From Mobula hypostoma (Eukaryota): 64,000 bases of DNA. Shown piece after piece: positions 39,235-53,957 of this stretch. The position numbers and the translations under genes are program-made. Each line of letters begins with the position of its first letter. Position 1 is the first letter of the stretch. The notes beneath the pieces are model-generated. The model saw only the letters and a list, made by a program, of their open reading frames with translations. It did no database searches and had not been told where the DNA came from. The stretch covers positions 28,770,001 through 28,834,000 of the forward strand of contig NC_086108.1 in assembly GCF_963921235.1 (NCBI RefSeq). The letters are read 5' to 3'.

Positions 39235-41215
39235 CTTCTCGAATTTGCCAGTGACATCACTGTTCTTAGAAAATCAGCTGGTGATGAGGCGGTGTACGGG
39301 AAAGAAATACATAGACTAATCTAGTGGTGTTACAATAATAACCTTGCACTAAACATCTGTAAGATCAGGAACTGATTATGGACTTCATGAAGGGGAAGTA
39401 GAGAACACACAACATTTCACATCGAGAGGTCAGTGGTGAACAGTCTCAAGTTCCTGGGTATCAACATCTCACAGGATCTGTCCTGAGCTCACCATATTGA
39501 TGCAATCATGATGAAGGCACACTAACAGCTATACTTGATTAGGAGTTTGAGGAGATTTGGTATGTCAAAGACTCTAGAAAATTTCACAGGTGTTGGAGAA
39601 TATTCTTCCATGATTTATGTGCATTTGGAAAAGCAAAGTTTGAGGATGTGGCTAAGCACATTGATGAAGGAAGAGCAGTGAATGTGGTGTGGCTAGATTT
39701 TAGTAAAACATTGGATGTTTCCCCATTGTAGGCTCATTCAGAAATTCGTGAGGCATGGGATGCAGGGAAACTTGGGTTACATAGATTCAGAGTGGGCTTG
39801 TCCACAGAAGGCAGACGGTGACAGTAGATGGAGAGTATTCTGCCTAGATATCGGAGACCAGTGATGTTCCACAGGGATCTGTTTTGGGACTCCTGCTCTT
39901 TCAAATTTTCATAAATGAGTTGGATGAGGAAGTGGGGTGGGTTAGTACATTTGTAGATGACATGAAGATTGGCGGCGTTGTGGACAGTGTAGAAGGCTGC
40001 TGTGTGTTACAATGAGACATCTACAAGATGCAGAGCAGGGCTGAGAAAATACAGAGTTCAATCCAGGGAGGCGTGAAGTGATCCACTTTGAAATTTGAAG
40101 GCAGAGTAAAGGGTTAATTGCAGGATTCTTAGCAGTGTGAAGAAACAGAGGGATCTTGAGGTCTACATCCATAGATCTCTCAAAGCTGCTGCACAAGTGA
40201 TAGGGTGGTCTAAAAGTTGTACGGTATGTTAGCTTTCATTAGTCTGGGGATTGAGCTTGAAAGCCATGAGGTATTATTGCAGCTCTATAAACACTGGTTA
40301 AATCTCACTAGAACACTGTGTTCAGTTCTGGTCTCCTAACCATATATGCTTTAGAGAGGGTGCAGAGGAGAGGTTGTGTGAGCTAGGGCTTTTGTCTTTG
40401 GAGTGAAGGAGGATGAGAGGTGACTTGATAGAGGCATACATCGAGTGGAGAGCCAGAGAATTTTTCCAGGGGCAGAAATGGCTAATAGGAGGGGTCATAA
40501 TTTTAAAGTGACTGGAGGAATGGATAGGGGGATATTAGAGGTAAGATCTCTACAGAGTGTGGTGGGTTCATGCAATACCCTGCCAGGATTGGTGTAGAGG
40601 CAGCTATATTAGGAGCATATAAGAAACTCTTAGATAGATACATGGATGATAGAAAAATGGAGAGCTATGTAGGAGGGAAGGGTTAGATTGATTGATCAAC
40701 AAGTAGGTTAAAAAGTCCACACAGCATCTTTGTCCAAAGGGCCTGTACTATGGTGTAATCTTCCATATAAAAAAGATGTACTGAGGAGAGCACGCTAGCA
40801 TTTTGAATGGTTGCATCAATGTCTGGCATGGAGATTCTAATGCACAAGGGCTTCAGAGGGCTGTAATCTCGGCCAACTCCATCACGGGCACCAGCCTCTC
40901 TGCTAATGAGGAGATTTTCAAGAAGACAGCATCCATCTTTAAGGATGCCCACCATCTGGGCGTGCCCTCCTCTTATTACTACCATCAGGAAGGAGGTACA
41001 GAAGCCAGGAGACATACAGTCAACGTTCTAGGAACAGCTTTTTCACCTCTGCTATCATATTGCCTAATGGTCCATGAACTTGCTATCCTCTTTGGCAGTA
41101 TTAATTTTTTTTGAGACGTAACAGTAATTTGTTATACCCGCGCTACACTGCTGTCACAAAACAACAAATTTCATGACAATATATGTCAGTGACAATAAAC
41201 CTGATTCTGATTCTC
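39235..41215 (+). mobile_element. Decayed Rex/Babar LINE split by a CR1 insertion (~39605-40770)
   Basis: Rex motifs before 39600 resume at ~40775 (NGCINVWHG..LQRAV); CR1 RT and 3' end lie between. Confidence 0.7.
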
Positions 41216-41679
41216 TCAGTCCATGCAAATTTTGAGCAATTGTGCTGCCAGTTCTTCTACTGTGCTGAGAACAGATAACTGAGAAAAGACTGGGACTAAA
41301 TCTATAATCTTCTGCTACAACAATTAATTCCAGCGTTAGTGAAGGCTGTGATACCCTATGACTTGCGTCATAAGGGCTGCTATTAAATATAAGCATTCTT
41401 TACCTCTCCCCAGACATAAAAAGGCAAAGCATTTCACAGCATATTGTTGAATGCATTTCTCAGCAATTACAGGATTTAAATCAGGAAGCATTTACTTTGT
41501 GTAATTATGTTGATTACCTCTTGCTCCTTATAATCAGATGAATGCACAGATGCTAGCACCACCAGTATACTAACCACACAGTGCCAGTCAGTACCAGTAA
41601 TGACGTACAGGAGAGGAGGGAAAGATCACCTCTTTCTAAGTTGGGGACACCCAAGAAACATTGCAAGAGAGCCACTCCA

Positions 41680-41771
41680 GAATCAGAATCAGGTTTAATA
41701 TCACTGACATGTGTTGCATTTTTTAGTTTTCTGGCAGCAGTACCTTGCAATACATAATAAAAACTAAACAT

Positions 41772-41810
<39 letters not shown>

Positions 41811-42620
41811 AAAGAAAATTAAATTAAATAAGTTGTACAAAAGAAAGGGGGGGGCAGAAATACTGAAGTCATGTTCATGGGTTCATTGTCTATTCAGAAA
41901 CCTGATGTCTGAGGGGAAATTTTTCCTGAAATGTTGAATGTGCATCTTCAGGCTCTTGTATCTTTTCCGTGATGGTGGCAATGAGAACAGGGTATGTCCT
42001 GGGTGAGGGTGTCCTTAATGGTAGATGCCACTTTTTTGAGGCATCTCCTTTTGAAGGTAACCTCAAAGCTGGGGAGGCTAGTGCTGATGATGGCTGAGTT
42101 GACAACTTTCTGTGGTTTTTTCCAATCCTGTGCAGTGGCCCATCCATACCAGATGGTGATACAACCAGTTAGAATGCTCTCTGCCGTACATCTGCGGAAA
42201 TTCTCAATGGTCTTTGGTGACGCACCAATTCTCTTCAAACTCCTATTAGAATATAGCCGCTGTCATGCTTCTTTGTAATTACTTCAATATGCTGGGACCA
42301 GGATGGATCTTCAGAGATATTGTCACCCAGGAATTTGAAAATGCTCACTTTTTCCTCTTCTGATCCTTCGATGAGGACTGTTGTGTGTTCCCTCAACTTC
42401 CCCTTGCTGAAGTGCACAATCAATTCCATCGTCTCACCAATGTTGAGTGCTAGGCTGTTGCTGTGATATCACTTAACCAGCTGATCTATCTTGCTCCTGT
42501 ATGTCACCATCTGAAAGTCTGCCAATGATAGTTGTGTCTGCAGCAAATTTATGTATCTTGTTTGAGCTGTGTCTAGCCACACAATTATCTGTGTAGAGAG
42601 AGTAGAGCAGTGGGCTAAGC
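41680..42620 (-). mobile_element. Rex/Babar LINE 3' portion with (TA)n at ~41775-41805
   Basis: ESILTGCITIWYG, FKFLGDNISEDPSW; cagaatcagaatcaggtttaat tail. Confidence 0.75.
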
Positions 42621-42749
42621 CATTAATAATTATTCCTCCCCAAATTTCTTCAAACCATTATTGATAGATATGACTGAACCAAGTTTGGATTCCCTCCCCT
42701 TATACACTTAACCAGCAGTTTTCATCTATTTTACATGATTAAAAATATT

Positions 42750-43065
42750 GATGATTAGCTTTATTTGTCACAAAAATAGCAAAACATCAGTGAAATGCGT
42801 CATTTTTGCATCAAAAACCAACACAGTTGATTGTTTTGGAGGAAGCCCATAAATGTTGGCATGCTCCCAGTACCAACATAACATGCTCACAACTCACTAA
42901 CCTTACGTTTTTGGAATATGGGAGGAAACCACAGCACCCAAAGAAAACCCACACGGCCATTATGAGAACATACAAACTCCTTCGAAGACAGTGGTGGAAA
43001 CTGAGCCCTGATGGATTGTTGCTGGCACTGTAACGCAATTGCACTAACCGCTACATTACCATACA
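42750..43065 (-). mobile_element. V-domain-type SINE
   Basis: gggaggaaaccacagcacccaaagaaaacccacacgg core; tRNA-like head near 43060. Confidence 0.6.
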
Positions 43066-44611
43066 GGACAGGAGCAGAAAACGATTGTCAAAAAGACAAT
43101 CGATAATCTAGCACAAGAGATTCTGCACATACTGGAAATCAATTATCTTTGTTAATTATGATTTGCACAAACCTAGGGCTTATCATTATAAAATGCAGTA
43201 AGCTTAGAAACATGTATTCTGGCTGCCTAGAACTTTTATCGGTGATTATAATATTACATTCAAAAAGAAAGCCAGCAGAGGTCCAAGGCAAAGAGGTGCT
43301 GGATAACCACTGCTAAAGGTAGCAGCCGTGTCTAGGAGTGAAGACTGTTTAAGGGAACAAGCAGCACAAAAGAATGTGGAAAAGTAACTAAGTTCATGGG
43401 AACCCACCAACATAGGAAAGCGCCCCATTCAGTCACACAGCCAGTGACACAGTGGCGATTCTAAACCTGTTTTGGCTCCCAAGTGTGCCCAATGAAATGC
43501 ACACATCTGATCAGCAAGAACTAATTTCACCTTCAAGTTACAAAGAAACAAATATGATTCGCTTACAAATGTGGCCTGTCCGATTTTTCAAGTGGCATAA
43601 CTTGATCCTGGATGGTCTAACTGATCTTCAAATGTACACACAAGGCCAATAAATAAAATGTACCACACTCCTGAATCTTTAAACTGAGAAACTACAGCAA
43701 CTTGGACAGGACAGTAAGAGGCATCGGAGATCTCTCAGGTTAAAATACCCCACAGTACTTTTTCCAAAGTAGGGCATGGGAGTTATTCCCGCAGTGACCT
43801 TGCCAATACAGTAACTCTCTCAAGTAACATCACAATATTTTTTCACCTGATCATCCAACGTACTGTAAGCAAATCAACTGTTATTTTCCCTCAGAAATAT
43901 TGCACCGGGTGTGAAGCACTTCAGGATATTGAGCAACGAAAGGCATGGCATAAATGCATGTCTGTCCATTACCATTCTTTGTGCTGATAACAACGGAGTT
44001 TTAAAGTACTAAATGCACACCATTTATTGTTAACAAGATCTCAATTGGCTTCTTGAACATAATGAGCCCAACCAGTATCCCAGGCTGTTGTGGAGATTCT
44101 GAAAGATGATCACAAATAGTCACTAGGCTTTGTGCTGCCATTGACATATTATGGCTTGTAGCTGCCAAGAACTGACATGAGTGGAGTGGTGCCTCATGCT
44201 GACACAAGTCCAAACACAATCCCAAGTAATTAACAGGCAAGTCAAAACCATCAATGAGTGGATTTGGCAAAAGGCTAATGCACTATATTTAACACGGGAA
44301 AGCTGAGGTAATGTGCAATGATTCACTCTTCATTCTTATGTACACTGAAGGAGGAAAACACCATGCTGAATGTTTGAAATAAGAATACATGCAAGTCTGA
44401 ACGGGTTGATAGCAGCTGCTTTGCTCACAAGCATATTACTAAAAACCAGGGCACTTTCTGGAAAAGGGGCATGTGCACAAGAAGTTGATTCAATAATAAA
44501 CAAGAAAACAAATAAACAGATTTATATATCTGTTGTTGTGTTTACTGTAGATATCTCTACCTGAGGAAATAAAATTTAATTAATTCTGCTGTGGAGTAAC
44601 AGCTCTTCAGC

Positions 44612-45049
44612 TAGCATGCTTTACACCGCACTTTCCACTGCACGCTGTCGGAGCAGTGCTGCCAGGATAATCAAGGACACGACCCACCCAGCCAACACAC
44701 TTTTCGTCCCTCTTCCCTCCGGGAGAAGGCTCAGGAGCTTGAAGACTCGTACGGCCAGATTTGGGAACGGCTTCTTTCCAACTGTGATAAGACCGCTGAA
44801 CGGATCCTGACCGGACTGCTGTACCCGCCAAATATCCGGGCCTGCCTCTCGGTTTTTTTGCACTACCTTACTTTCCGTTTTTCTATTTTCTATTCACAAT
44901 TTATAATTTAAATTTTTAATATTTACTATTTTTTAATATTTTTAATATTTAATATTTGTAACACAGGGAGCGGGAAGCACAGAATCAAGTATCGCTGTGA
45001 TGATTGTACGTTCTAGTATCAATTGTTTGGCGACAATAAAGTATAAAGT
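44612..45049 (+). mobile_element. Rex/Babar LINE 3' end (relatively young)
   Basis: AARIIKDTTHPANTLFVPLPSGRRLRSLKTRTARFGNGFFP with CpGs intact; aataaagtataaagt tail. Confidence 0.75.
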
Positions 45050-45894
45050 GCTTTTCACAGCATTAATAAAAATACCAGACCAGTAAACATATAACTGCAA
45101 CAAATAAGAAAAACTTATTCAAATAAGCAACATAAAAGCAGCATCAACTAGTTTGTTGTTGTCAGAATGAAAAGAAAAAGTGCTGAAACACACAGTAAGT
45201 CAGGCAGCATTTTGTGAACAGAGAAATAGAGAATTAAATCTAGCCACTCTTCTTCATGATGCTTGAGGAAACCAGGGAACTTATTGGAAACCTACGCCAT
45301 CATGGGGGGGGGGGGGGAATGTCCAAGTTCTGCAAAGATCATGTCACTGGAGCCGAGGCAGCTTCACAGCCAACTTGTTCTAGGCGTGTTGCTCTTTCGG
45401 GCAGAGTTCTTCAAGAACATTGTTTATTTTCCTTCCTATTGTGGACAGCATTCTCACATAAGCATCCCTCCTCTCCTGCTGTGTACCGACAGTGTGTAGA
45501 GCTGTGGCTACTGCGTCATCTGTTGATCATACTGTAGGTTCCTGTTACATAGTGGGTGGTGTACACACTATATATTTAAAAGAAATCACAAACTTTTCAT
45601 CGATTAATTAGGTATCAGCACAGTAGTGTTGCTAGGTTGCTTCGTTGATAGCATATACTTACTTGGAAGCAAAGGTAAGAATAGCACCTTTTAACCAACG
45701 TTCAGCGAACAGATGTGCAGTACTGGTGGCACAGAACTGGGGGAAGGTTAGGTGCTCTCACCATTAGCTACGCAGCTCTCATTAAAGTGCATGTCTTTCA
45801 ACAAATACAGCTCCATTCACCAACACCTGTCACTATAGGGCACAACCAAGTCCAAATCCACACCGGTTCATGAACTGGGCAAGAATATCCTGAG

Positions 45895-46245
45895 CAACAG
45901 GCACAAAATGCTGGAGGAACTAAGCAGGCCAAGGAGGATCTTTGGAAAAGAGTGAAACGTCGATGTTTCGGGCTAAGACTCTTCATCAGGACGGGAAAAA
46001 AGACGACAAGTCAGAGTAAGAAGGTGGGGGAGGGGAGGAAGTAGTACAAGGCGCTATGTGATAGGTGAAACCGGGAGAGGGAGAGGGGTAAAGTAAATTG
46101 CTGGGATGTAGATTGATGCAAGAAATAAAGGGCTGGAGATGGGGGAATCTGACAGGAGAGGGTAAAGACCATGGAAGAAAGGAAAGGAGGAGCACCAGAG
46201 GGAGGCGATGGGCAGGTAAGGAGATGAGGTGAGAGGGGGAAAACA
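45895..46245 (-). mobile_element. Penelope-like terminal region with hammerhead motif (45958-45993)
   Basis: Reverse complement reads cgtc-CTGATGA-agagtcttagccc-GAAAC-ATC-gacg, then the family tail. Confidence 0.75.
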
Positions 46246-48249
46246 GGATTGTCTGTTTTCCACAGCCTGAACACTGAGTAAACAGCTGATTAATAACAGT
46301 GCAGACGACATTAACAGTTTCAGTCAACATTACAAGCTTATTCCAACCTCTGTCAACATGCTAGTATCCACCAATATGGCACCGCAAAGGTAACACCTCA
46401 CATGACAGCAATGTGGAACTTTCAGGCCTGTGCTGACTTCCACTGGGATTTGGATTTATCAAGATCCCATATTATTTATATTTATTGGTTAAAACAAATT
46501 AACAATCTTCAATTTAAAATGAATTACCACTACCAGAAAGACTCTTGCTGAAGTGGTGCCCAGAATATTTGACCTTGTGATAACACTCTAGCAGGAATCA
46601 CCTACACTTCTTTTCAAGACATCTTTGAAGGAACAGAACAACTCCTGCAGAGGCTTAACAGCAGGAGGCAGCTTTAATTGTTATTCTGTTCAATGCAGCA
46701 ACATGTGGCAAACTGTCAGATATCTTCCAATTCAAAACACAGTAATCTTCTGGAAAAATAGGAGCACATTGTTATACAAGCAATCTTATGCATATATTGT
46801 TGCTTACTTTTATTCCAAAAAACAAGCCAGGCTTTAAATAATAATAATGTGCTGCCTATTTCCTAACCAGACTTTCACTTCATGCTCTGCATTGTTTTCC
46901 CTTAAGGAACATGAGTCAAATCTGAGCAAGAATGTGGTACCTGAAACCAGCAACAGCATGCCTGCTCTCAGCTTTGTAACGTTACCAACACTTTTAAATT
47001 ATTTTGTTATTTAAAGGAAAGCTGAATCACAGCCAGTTAAGTGTAGGCACTGTATTTCATTGACTAATGACAGCATATCATAAGGATTTATTGATCTCAG
47101 CCATCACATTGTGGCCACCGGATAAATAAAGAATATGAACAGTCCAACAAGCAGCAATAATCATCTTTGCTGGAACTAATTCATTTCAAATACTACATGC
47201 AATTAAAAATTGGAGGGTAAACTGACAAGACTTTTATTTCCCCGAAATTAGCAATGATCCTGTAAGCCTTAATCAAATTCAGGCCATAATATCCCCTACA
47301 CTGATTCTGCATTAATTGACATAATCATGATTCCATCACTGCGTAACTTGAACTTGCAATTTATCAAACAATAGCAAGCAAAAGAACAGTGTTTGTGCGT
47401 CAGGGTTACTTGAAATTGTGAAGAGAGACCATCATCGGATATGAACAGCCACTGCTCACACAGTAATTACACTGCCAATATTGTTCATTTATAAGAAAGC
47501 ATGAACTGGGAAAAGGCCTGTGCAATGTATGAACACTGATAAATACAGGTTGGACTGAATGGCTAGTTTCTGAATGTTGTGAAATTTGACATGCAATTGA
47601 CACCGGATGGACTGCATCCTCTACTTACAGAATGTTTCCTGCTCTAATGCACAATCCTAATGTTACCAATAAGGAACAATTGAAATTCCAGGTAGATGTA
47701 GCTGCAGAATACAGGTCATCAACATACCATTGACTACTGCTGTGAAATACTCTGCTCTTTTCTAGAAAGATCCATAATCAAGCAGTACTTGGTGGCGACA
47801 GGGAATCGCAGAGAATCCCAAAAGAGTTGGTGGAAAGTGTTGAGTGATCCATTGAAAGTAGACACTGGCCAATTTCAGGTATCTGACTGCTTTCCTCTCT
47901 TCAAGTGGTGGCAACTCTGCTTCGATTTATTGCTTTTTCTTCTCTTCTATGTCCGGCCATCAATTATAAAGCAAACATTAATCTGATAACACTATCAGAA
48001 GCATTCCCGCCACTCTCTTCACTCCTCTCCTTTCTCCCTCCACTCATTCGGATGAAGGAGCACCAGCTGAAATGTTGATCCCGTTTTTCTCCAAGCAGAC
48101 GCTGCTCAACCCACTTACCATTTCCAGTTCATGAATTTTAATTTTCAGCATTGCAGTTTCTTGTTTCAAGTGGAACTGCAAACTCTCCATAGTACCAAAA
48201 CACCCACAACTGCAAAACTCCAATAACTCACTAGCCAATTACTTTGAAC

Positions 48250-48870
48250 CTTACACTCAATATCAGTAAGACCAAGGAATTGATTATGGAATTCTGGAAA
48301 GGAAAGTTGAGGGAAAACACCACAATCACTGAGTGGAAAAGGTGAGAGTTGCAAGTTCCCGGATGTCAACCTCTCTGCAGATCTATCCTAGGCCCAATAC
48401 ATTGATGTACTTACAAAGTAGGCATGACATGGCTTTATTAAGTTAGAAGTTTGGGGAGAATTGGTGTGTCACCAAAGACTCGCAAATTTCTAGAGATGTA
48501 CCATGGAGAGCAATCTCATTGGTTGCATCACTGTCTGGTATGGGGGGGGCACTGCACACGATCAAAATAAGCTACAAAAAGTTATAAACTCAGTCAGCTC
48601 AAAGACAATGCCTCAAAAAGGCAGCATCATCATTAAGGATCTCCAGCACCCAGGATATGTCAAGAGTGTGTGGGATTCAGTGCCCTCGTAAGCTATGTGC
48701 CGAGACACCAGAATTTCAGTGCAAAAAGAGAAAAATACAGTGAGATAGTGTACAGAGGTTCATTGTCCATTCAGGAATTGATGGTGGTGGTGACGCTGAT
48801 GTTCCTACACAGATGAGTGTGTGCCTTCAGGTTCCTATGCCACCTCTTTGATGGTGGCAATGAGAAGAGA
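48250..48870. mobile_element. Decayed Rex/Babar fragments (plus ~48250-48660, minus ~48690-48870)
   Basis: ESNLIGCITVWYG..KLQKVINS remnant. Confidence 0.6.
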
Positions 48871-50444
48871 GCAAGAGGGCATACTAGGACCCTGGATCTC
48901 ACATTCCTTCTCCTTTTACCGGGGCCCCAGTTCCACAGCTACATTGAAACATCAGGTGCATGGGAAAAATCAGATGTCCTGCAGTGTAACCTGAAAAGTA
49001 AAATTAATTATATTGCAGTGTTATTAGAACAACATCTCAACTCAGGAGTGTGCCAGATTAAGGCAGTTTGACTATGCTTATAAAATGATCTGGCACCTTT
49101 ATTAAGCTGTAAAGTGGGATTCATTTTAAAAAAAAATCTTTGCATGTAAACAAGGCTTCTAGTCTATCCATGTGTGCTGGCTGGACAGTGGAACCATCAG
49201 AAGGTTGTAAATCTGAAAGTCAAAGAAAGTGAAAAAAATATTCATGCACATCAGAATAAACAGATAATCTCTCTATCTTTCACTAATGCAATTTGTCCAA
49301 AATTTAATCACTTCTCAAACTGCACTGGGATTGGCCAAATTCAGGTTAATTTTGGTTTTAGCAATTCATTTTACTGCTCAAACATGCATGAAAAGCTACA
49401 TCAAGATAAGTATTTGAAGGCATATATAAATACTGATGGCAGGGTATTGTTCTATGTTCTGGCGTTAAGTCTATGCTCCATTCACATATGGGACACGGCC
49501 TGCACTGGGACATACAGTTCAAGATCTAGAGCATGCAGATCACCAATAACGTTTGCAGACACAAGATGCAACAGATCCTGGAATCTGGAGTGAAAATCAA
49601 ACTGCTCGGGAAACTCATTAGGGAAAATGGACACTGGCATTTGACACTGAAACAAAGAGGGAGATAACTGGTATAAAACGGGTGAGAGGGGGAAAAGGTG
49701 GGACAAGAACTGAAAAGCAACATGTGGATACAGGTGGAGAGTTGTTTGCCAGTTGGAGACAGATGGGGAAGAAAAGGGAAAAGCAAGTCTGGTTGAGAAC
49801 ATGGGCGAAGAGGAGAGCAGTAGAAAACAGGCAAAGCAGTAGCAAGGGTTCTAATGACCACTCAACAATTACCACACCTCTCAATTCCTAGCTTCCCTTC
49901 CAAAGCCCTGACGGCCTAGTCAGCCACCAAGAAAAGCTTTAAATTCAAGTATTCAAAGGAGCACTTGATGTTTACTACAACCTCAGCCAATTTTGGAGGA
50001 GGAAGTTTTGGGAAAAGAAGTCTCAAGCCCAAGCTTGTTTTAACCAAATCCTTCTGCAAATTTACTTATGTTGTAACAGCAATGCAGCTTTCACATTCCA
50101 CAAAGGACGTAGTAGAATGACAAAACAAAACTCTTAAAGCTGAAACAATCAAATTTGCACAACAGTGACCATTAGTGTGCACCCATGAGGCAGATGGAAA
50201 ATGCTCTTTAAAGACCACCCAGGGAAAATTCTATAAACATCAGTCAAAAATTTTGAGGAATACATGCTTAGATGGTGTCAGAAAACAACCGTTGTGTTAA
50301 ACAAGTAGTTCATAGTTAAGTGCCTGCAATAATGAGTGTGTAAAGCTCTTTGACCTGAAATGCTAACTATATATTGCTGATCATTTGAACATTTCTATCA
50401 TTTGTTTTAATTTCAGATTCCCAGCATTTGCAGTCACAGAGTCA

Positions 50445-51670
50445 TTGAATTGAATTGACTTTATTACTTACATCTTTCACATACATGGAGTAAAAATCTT
50501 TATGTTATGTCTCCATTAAAATGTGCAATGTGCAATTTATAGTAATTAATAATATATAGTATGTACAACAGGACAGTCAATATAACATAGAAATACAGTT
50601 GAGTCAGCATGAATTAATCAGTCTGGATGGCCTGGCGGAAGAAGTTATCCCGGAGCCTGTTGGTCCTGGCTTTTATGCTGCGGTACCGTTTCCCGGATGG
50701 TAGCATCTGGAACAGTTTGTGGTTGGGGCGATTTGGGTCCCCAATGATCCCTCAGGCCCTTTTTACACACCTGTCTTTGTAAATGTCCTGAATAGTGGGA
50801 AGTTCACATCTACAGACGTGCTGGGCTGTCCACACTACTCTCTGCAGAGCCCTATGATTGAGGGGAGTACAGTTCCCATTCCAGGCTGTGATGCAGCCAT
50901 TCAATTGTGCTCCTACCAAACTTCTTCCACTTTGAGGTGAAAGAGACTCTGTTGTGCCTTTTTCCACCACACAGCCGGTATGTACAGACCATGTGATGCC
51001 CTTGCTGATGTCTATGCCGAGGAACTGTTCACCCTCTCAACCCCACATCTCTTGATGTTTCCATTTCTCCTGTAGTCCACAACCAGCTCCTTTGTTTTTG
51101 CGACATTGAGGGAGGTGTTGTTTTCTTGACACCACTGTGTTAAGGTGATGACTTCTTCTCTGTAGGCTGCCTCGTTATTATTTGAGGTTAGGCCAATCAG
51201 TGTAGTGTCATCAGCAAATTTAATTAGCAGATTGGAGCTGTGGATGGCGACACAGTCATGGGTATACAGAGAGTAAAGGAGGGGGCTTAGTACACAGCCC
51301 TGAGTGGTACCTGTGTTGAGTGCCAGAGGAGCAGAGGTGAGGGAGCCCACTCTTACCACCTGTCAGCAATCTGACAGGAAGTCCAGAATCTAGCTACATT
51401 AGGCAGGGAGAAGGCCAAGGCCTCCGAGCTTCTTGTCAAACCTGGAGGGAATTATGATGTTGAATGCTGAACTGTAATGCAAGAACAGCATTCTCACATT
51501 AGCATCCTTCTTCTCCAGATATGTAAGGACGGATATGTGCAGAGCTGTGGCTATTGCGTCATCTGTCGATCTGTTGTGTTGGTAGGCGAATTGTAGGGGA
51601 TCTACTGTGGGTGGTAGTATGCTGCAGAAGTAGTCCTTGACCAATTTCTCAAAGCATTTGCTTATTATTG
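50445..51670 (-). mobile_element. Rex/Babar LINE RT to 3' end
   Basis: [52 protein letters not shown]; ttgaattgaattgactttatt tail. Confidence 0.85.
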
Positions 51671-52631
51671 AGGAGGCCATTCGGCCCATTGAATCCATGC
51701 TGCTGCTCTAGAGGTTACATTCCCCTTCTCTAATTCCAATTCCTGCAAGTTTATTTCACTCAAACAATTCCTGTTTAAGATCATTAAACACCTCAGCTAA
51801 CACTAACCTTGTAGGCAGAGAATTCAAGGTCATTATCAATCACTACATTAAAATATTCTTTGCACCCACTTCCCCCCCCACCCCCATATTTGAGTTCAAT
51901 TCCAACCTCTCATGAAGTCAATGTGGACTTTGCACGTTTTCTCCCTGGCTGCATGGATTTCATCCATGTACTCTGGTTTCCTGCGGCACCCCAAAGACAA
52001 TCTGGTCGGTAGGTCAATTTGCCACTGTGAAGTTCCCCAAGTGCAAGTAGATCTTAAAAGAATCTGAGTAGTTAATGGGCTGGGGAGGAATGCCGCAGGG
52101 GAATGGGACTGTACTGGGAGTCAGCATTAACTTGTTGAGCTGACCCGCATCTTCCTACTCATGAGCAAATATGAGTAACTACATGATCCAACATACTCGA
52201 CACTCTCCCATTACTACCAAGCCAGGTAATGACACTGGCTGAGTGAATGCAGAGCACGCCAGGCAGAACAGTGCATTTGCTGAGGAGAAGCGAGAAACCT
52301 CATGCACAACTAAAGATGCCACAGTGTAACGGATTCTCTTTGTCCCAAATTCCTGATGATTACACTCATGCAGCACAAAACAGGCTATTTGACCCATTAA
52401 AACTAATCAAGCACATATTTACACAGCTCACATTTTCACATTTGATTCTCTCATTTTCCTCCGCTTACTTGCCCACTCAGAGTAATTCAGAGGAGCCAAA
52501 TAAACTACCATGTCTCATGTCTCAGGCAGGAATTCAGGGTACCTACAGGAAACCCCACTGTCACAAGGAGACTATGCAAAGTCCACTGCACTAAACCTGC
52601 GTACTATGTCCAGGTTAGACATTGTGTAGCA

Positions 52632-52849
52632 CAGGGGTCCCCAACCTTTTTTGCACCAGACCGGTTTAATATTGACAATATTCTTGTGAACCGCCTGACG
52701 GGGGGGGGGGGGGGGGTTCAAGTTCAATAGTGCGTGACAGGGAATGAGGAAAAGTGCAGCTGACTCCTATCGTTTCATATCGCCAAATCATATCGTTTCC
52801 TCATGGACCGGTAGCACATGCTTTGCGGCCCGGTGGTTGGGGACCACTG
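52632..52849. mobile_element. hAT (Charlie-like) MITE
   Basis: TIRs caggggtccccaacc / ggttggggaccactg; degenerate 8-bp TSD gtgtagca/ctgtagta. Confidence 0.8.
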
Positions 52850-53786
52850 CTGTAGTACTTCACTCCATCTTTCGCTGTAGGCTTCAGTTTTATTAAGTAT
52901 TTTTCAATTCTTTTAGATTATGTATCAATTACTCAAGTCAAATGGTAACAGTCATATGCAGACACTGCCTCAGGGATGATAAAATAAGATTAACTTCCAC
53001 CAACAGGCAGGCATCAGTCTTGTTATCAGTTTGTAGGAACATCTAGTCTGGGAAATATAAATGTAACACTTAGAATTACTGTGAACGGCTAAATCTAATT
53101 AAGGAGTTCGATGAAACAGGAGTATCCTTTTCTTCACTGCATCATGTATCAGATTTTAAGAAATAAAGTATTAATCACAAATAGGTATCTTAAACATCAT
53201 ATTAATAAATGACTTCTTGCAGCTGTAGGTGGTTGACTAACGTTGTATAAATATTCATTATTTAACAGTCGCGGCAAGTCAAAATTGAAGTGAAATTCAC
53301 AATACCGATAATTGCAGATTACATTTATAGCTAATTCCCTCACTAGCAGTGCATACAAGCTGATAAGACTGATGTCTGCTTTAAGGTCACGGTCCATCTC
53401 ACTTTACAATCCCTGCAGCATTGTCTGCATTTAGCTGTTACCAAGTGACCGGAGTAAATAACACTCTCTAAAGAGATTGATAGTTTCAAACATATTTATC
53501 AAAACTGCAGACCAAAGCAAAATAGTTATAGGAAACAGACTTTAAGAAACAGTCGGGGGTCACAGCAAAGAAGCAAGCCCTTTGTCCCACTGAGTCTGTG
53601 CCATAGACTCCTATCTTATAGTCTTTAAAAACTCTCTCAAAATTTCCATTAATTCCCCCCCCACCCCCAGGGAACATAAAGGGTTAGTATCGAACCTAGG
53701 TCACTGAAGCCGAAGGACAGCAATACTACCTGCTGTGTTAAGGCTGATTTATAATTGTGCGTACTAGCTTACGCTGTAGCCTACGC

Positions 53787-53957
53787 CAGTGGCCCCAACT
53801 TCCGGGCCGCAGACCGATACATTGCCGCGAAGAATGCAGCGGTGGCCAGAATGCACCCAGCACATCTTCAAGAAAGAAAGCAAAATAAACAAGCTAATTA
53901 ATTAGGTGCCGCCCGGCACGTAAATGTCAGCCCTGATCTGAAGTTTGGGGACCAGTG
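53787..53957. mobile_element. hAT MITE nested in the Harbinger
   Basis: cagtggccccaac / gtttggggaccagtg; 8-bp TSD gcctacgc/acctatgc. Confidence 0.7.

Noticed and set aside
45315..45830. Possible LTR-like segment
   Set aside because: Could not define matching termini or a TSD
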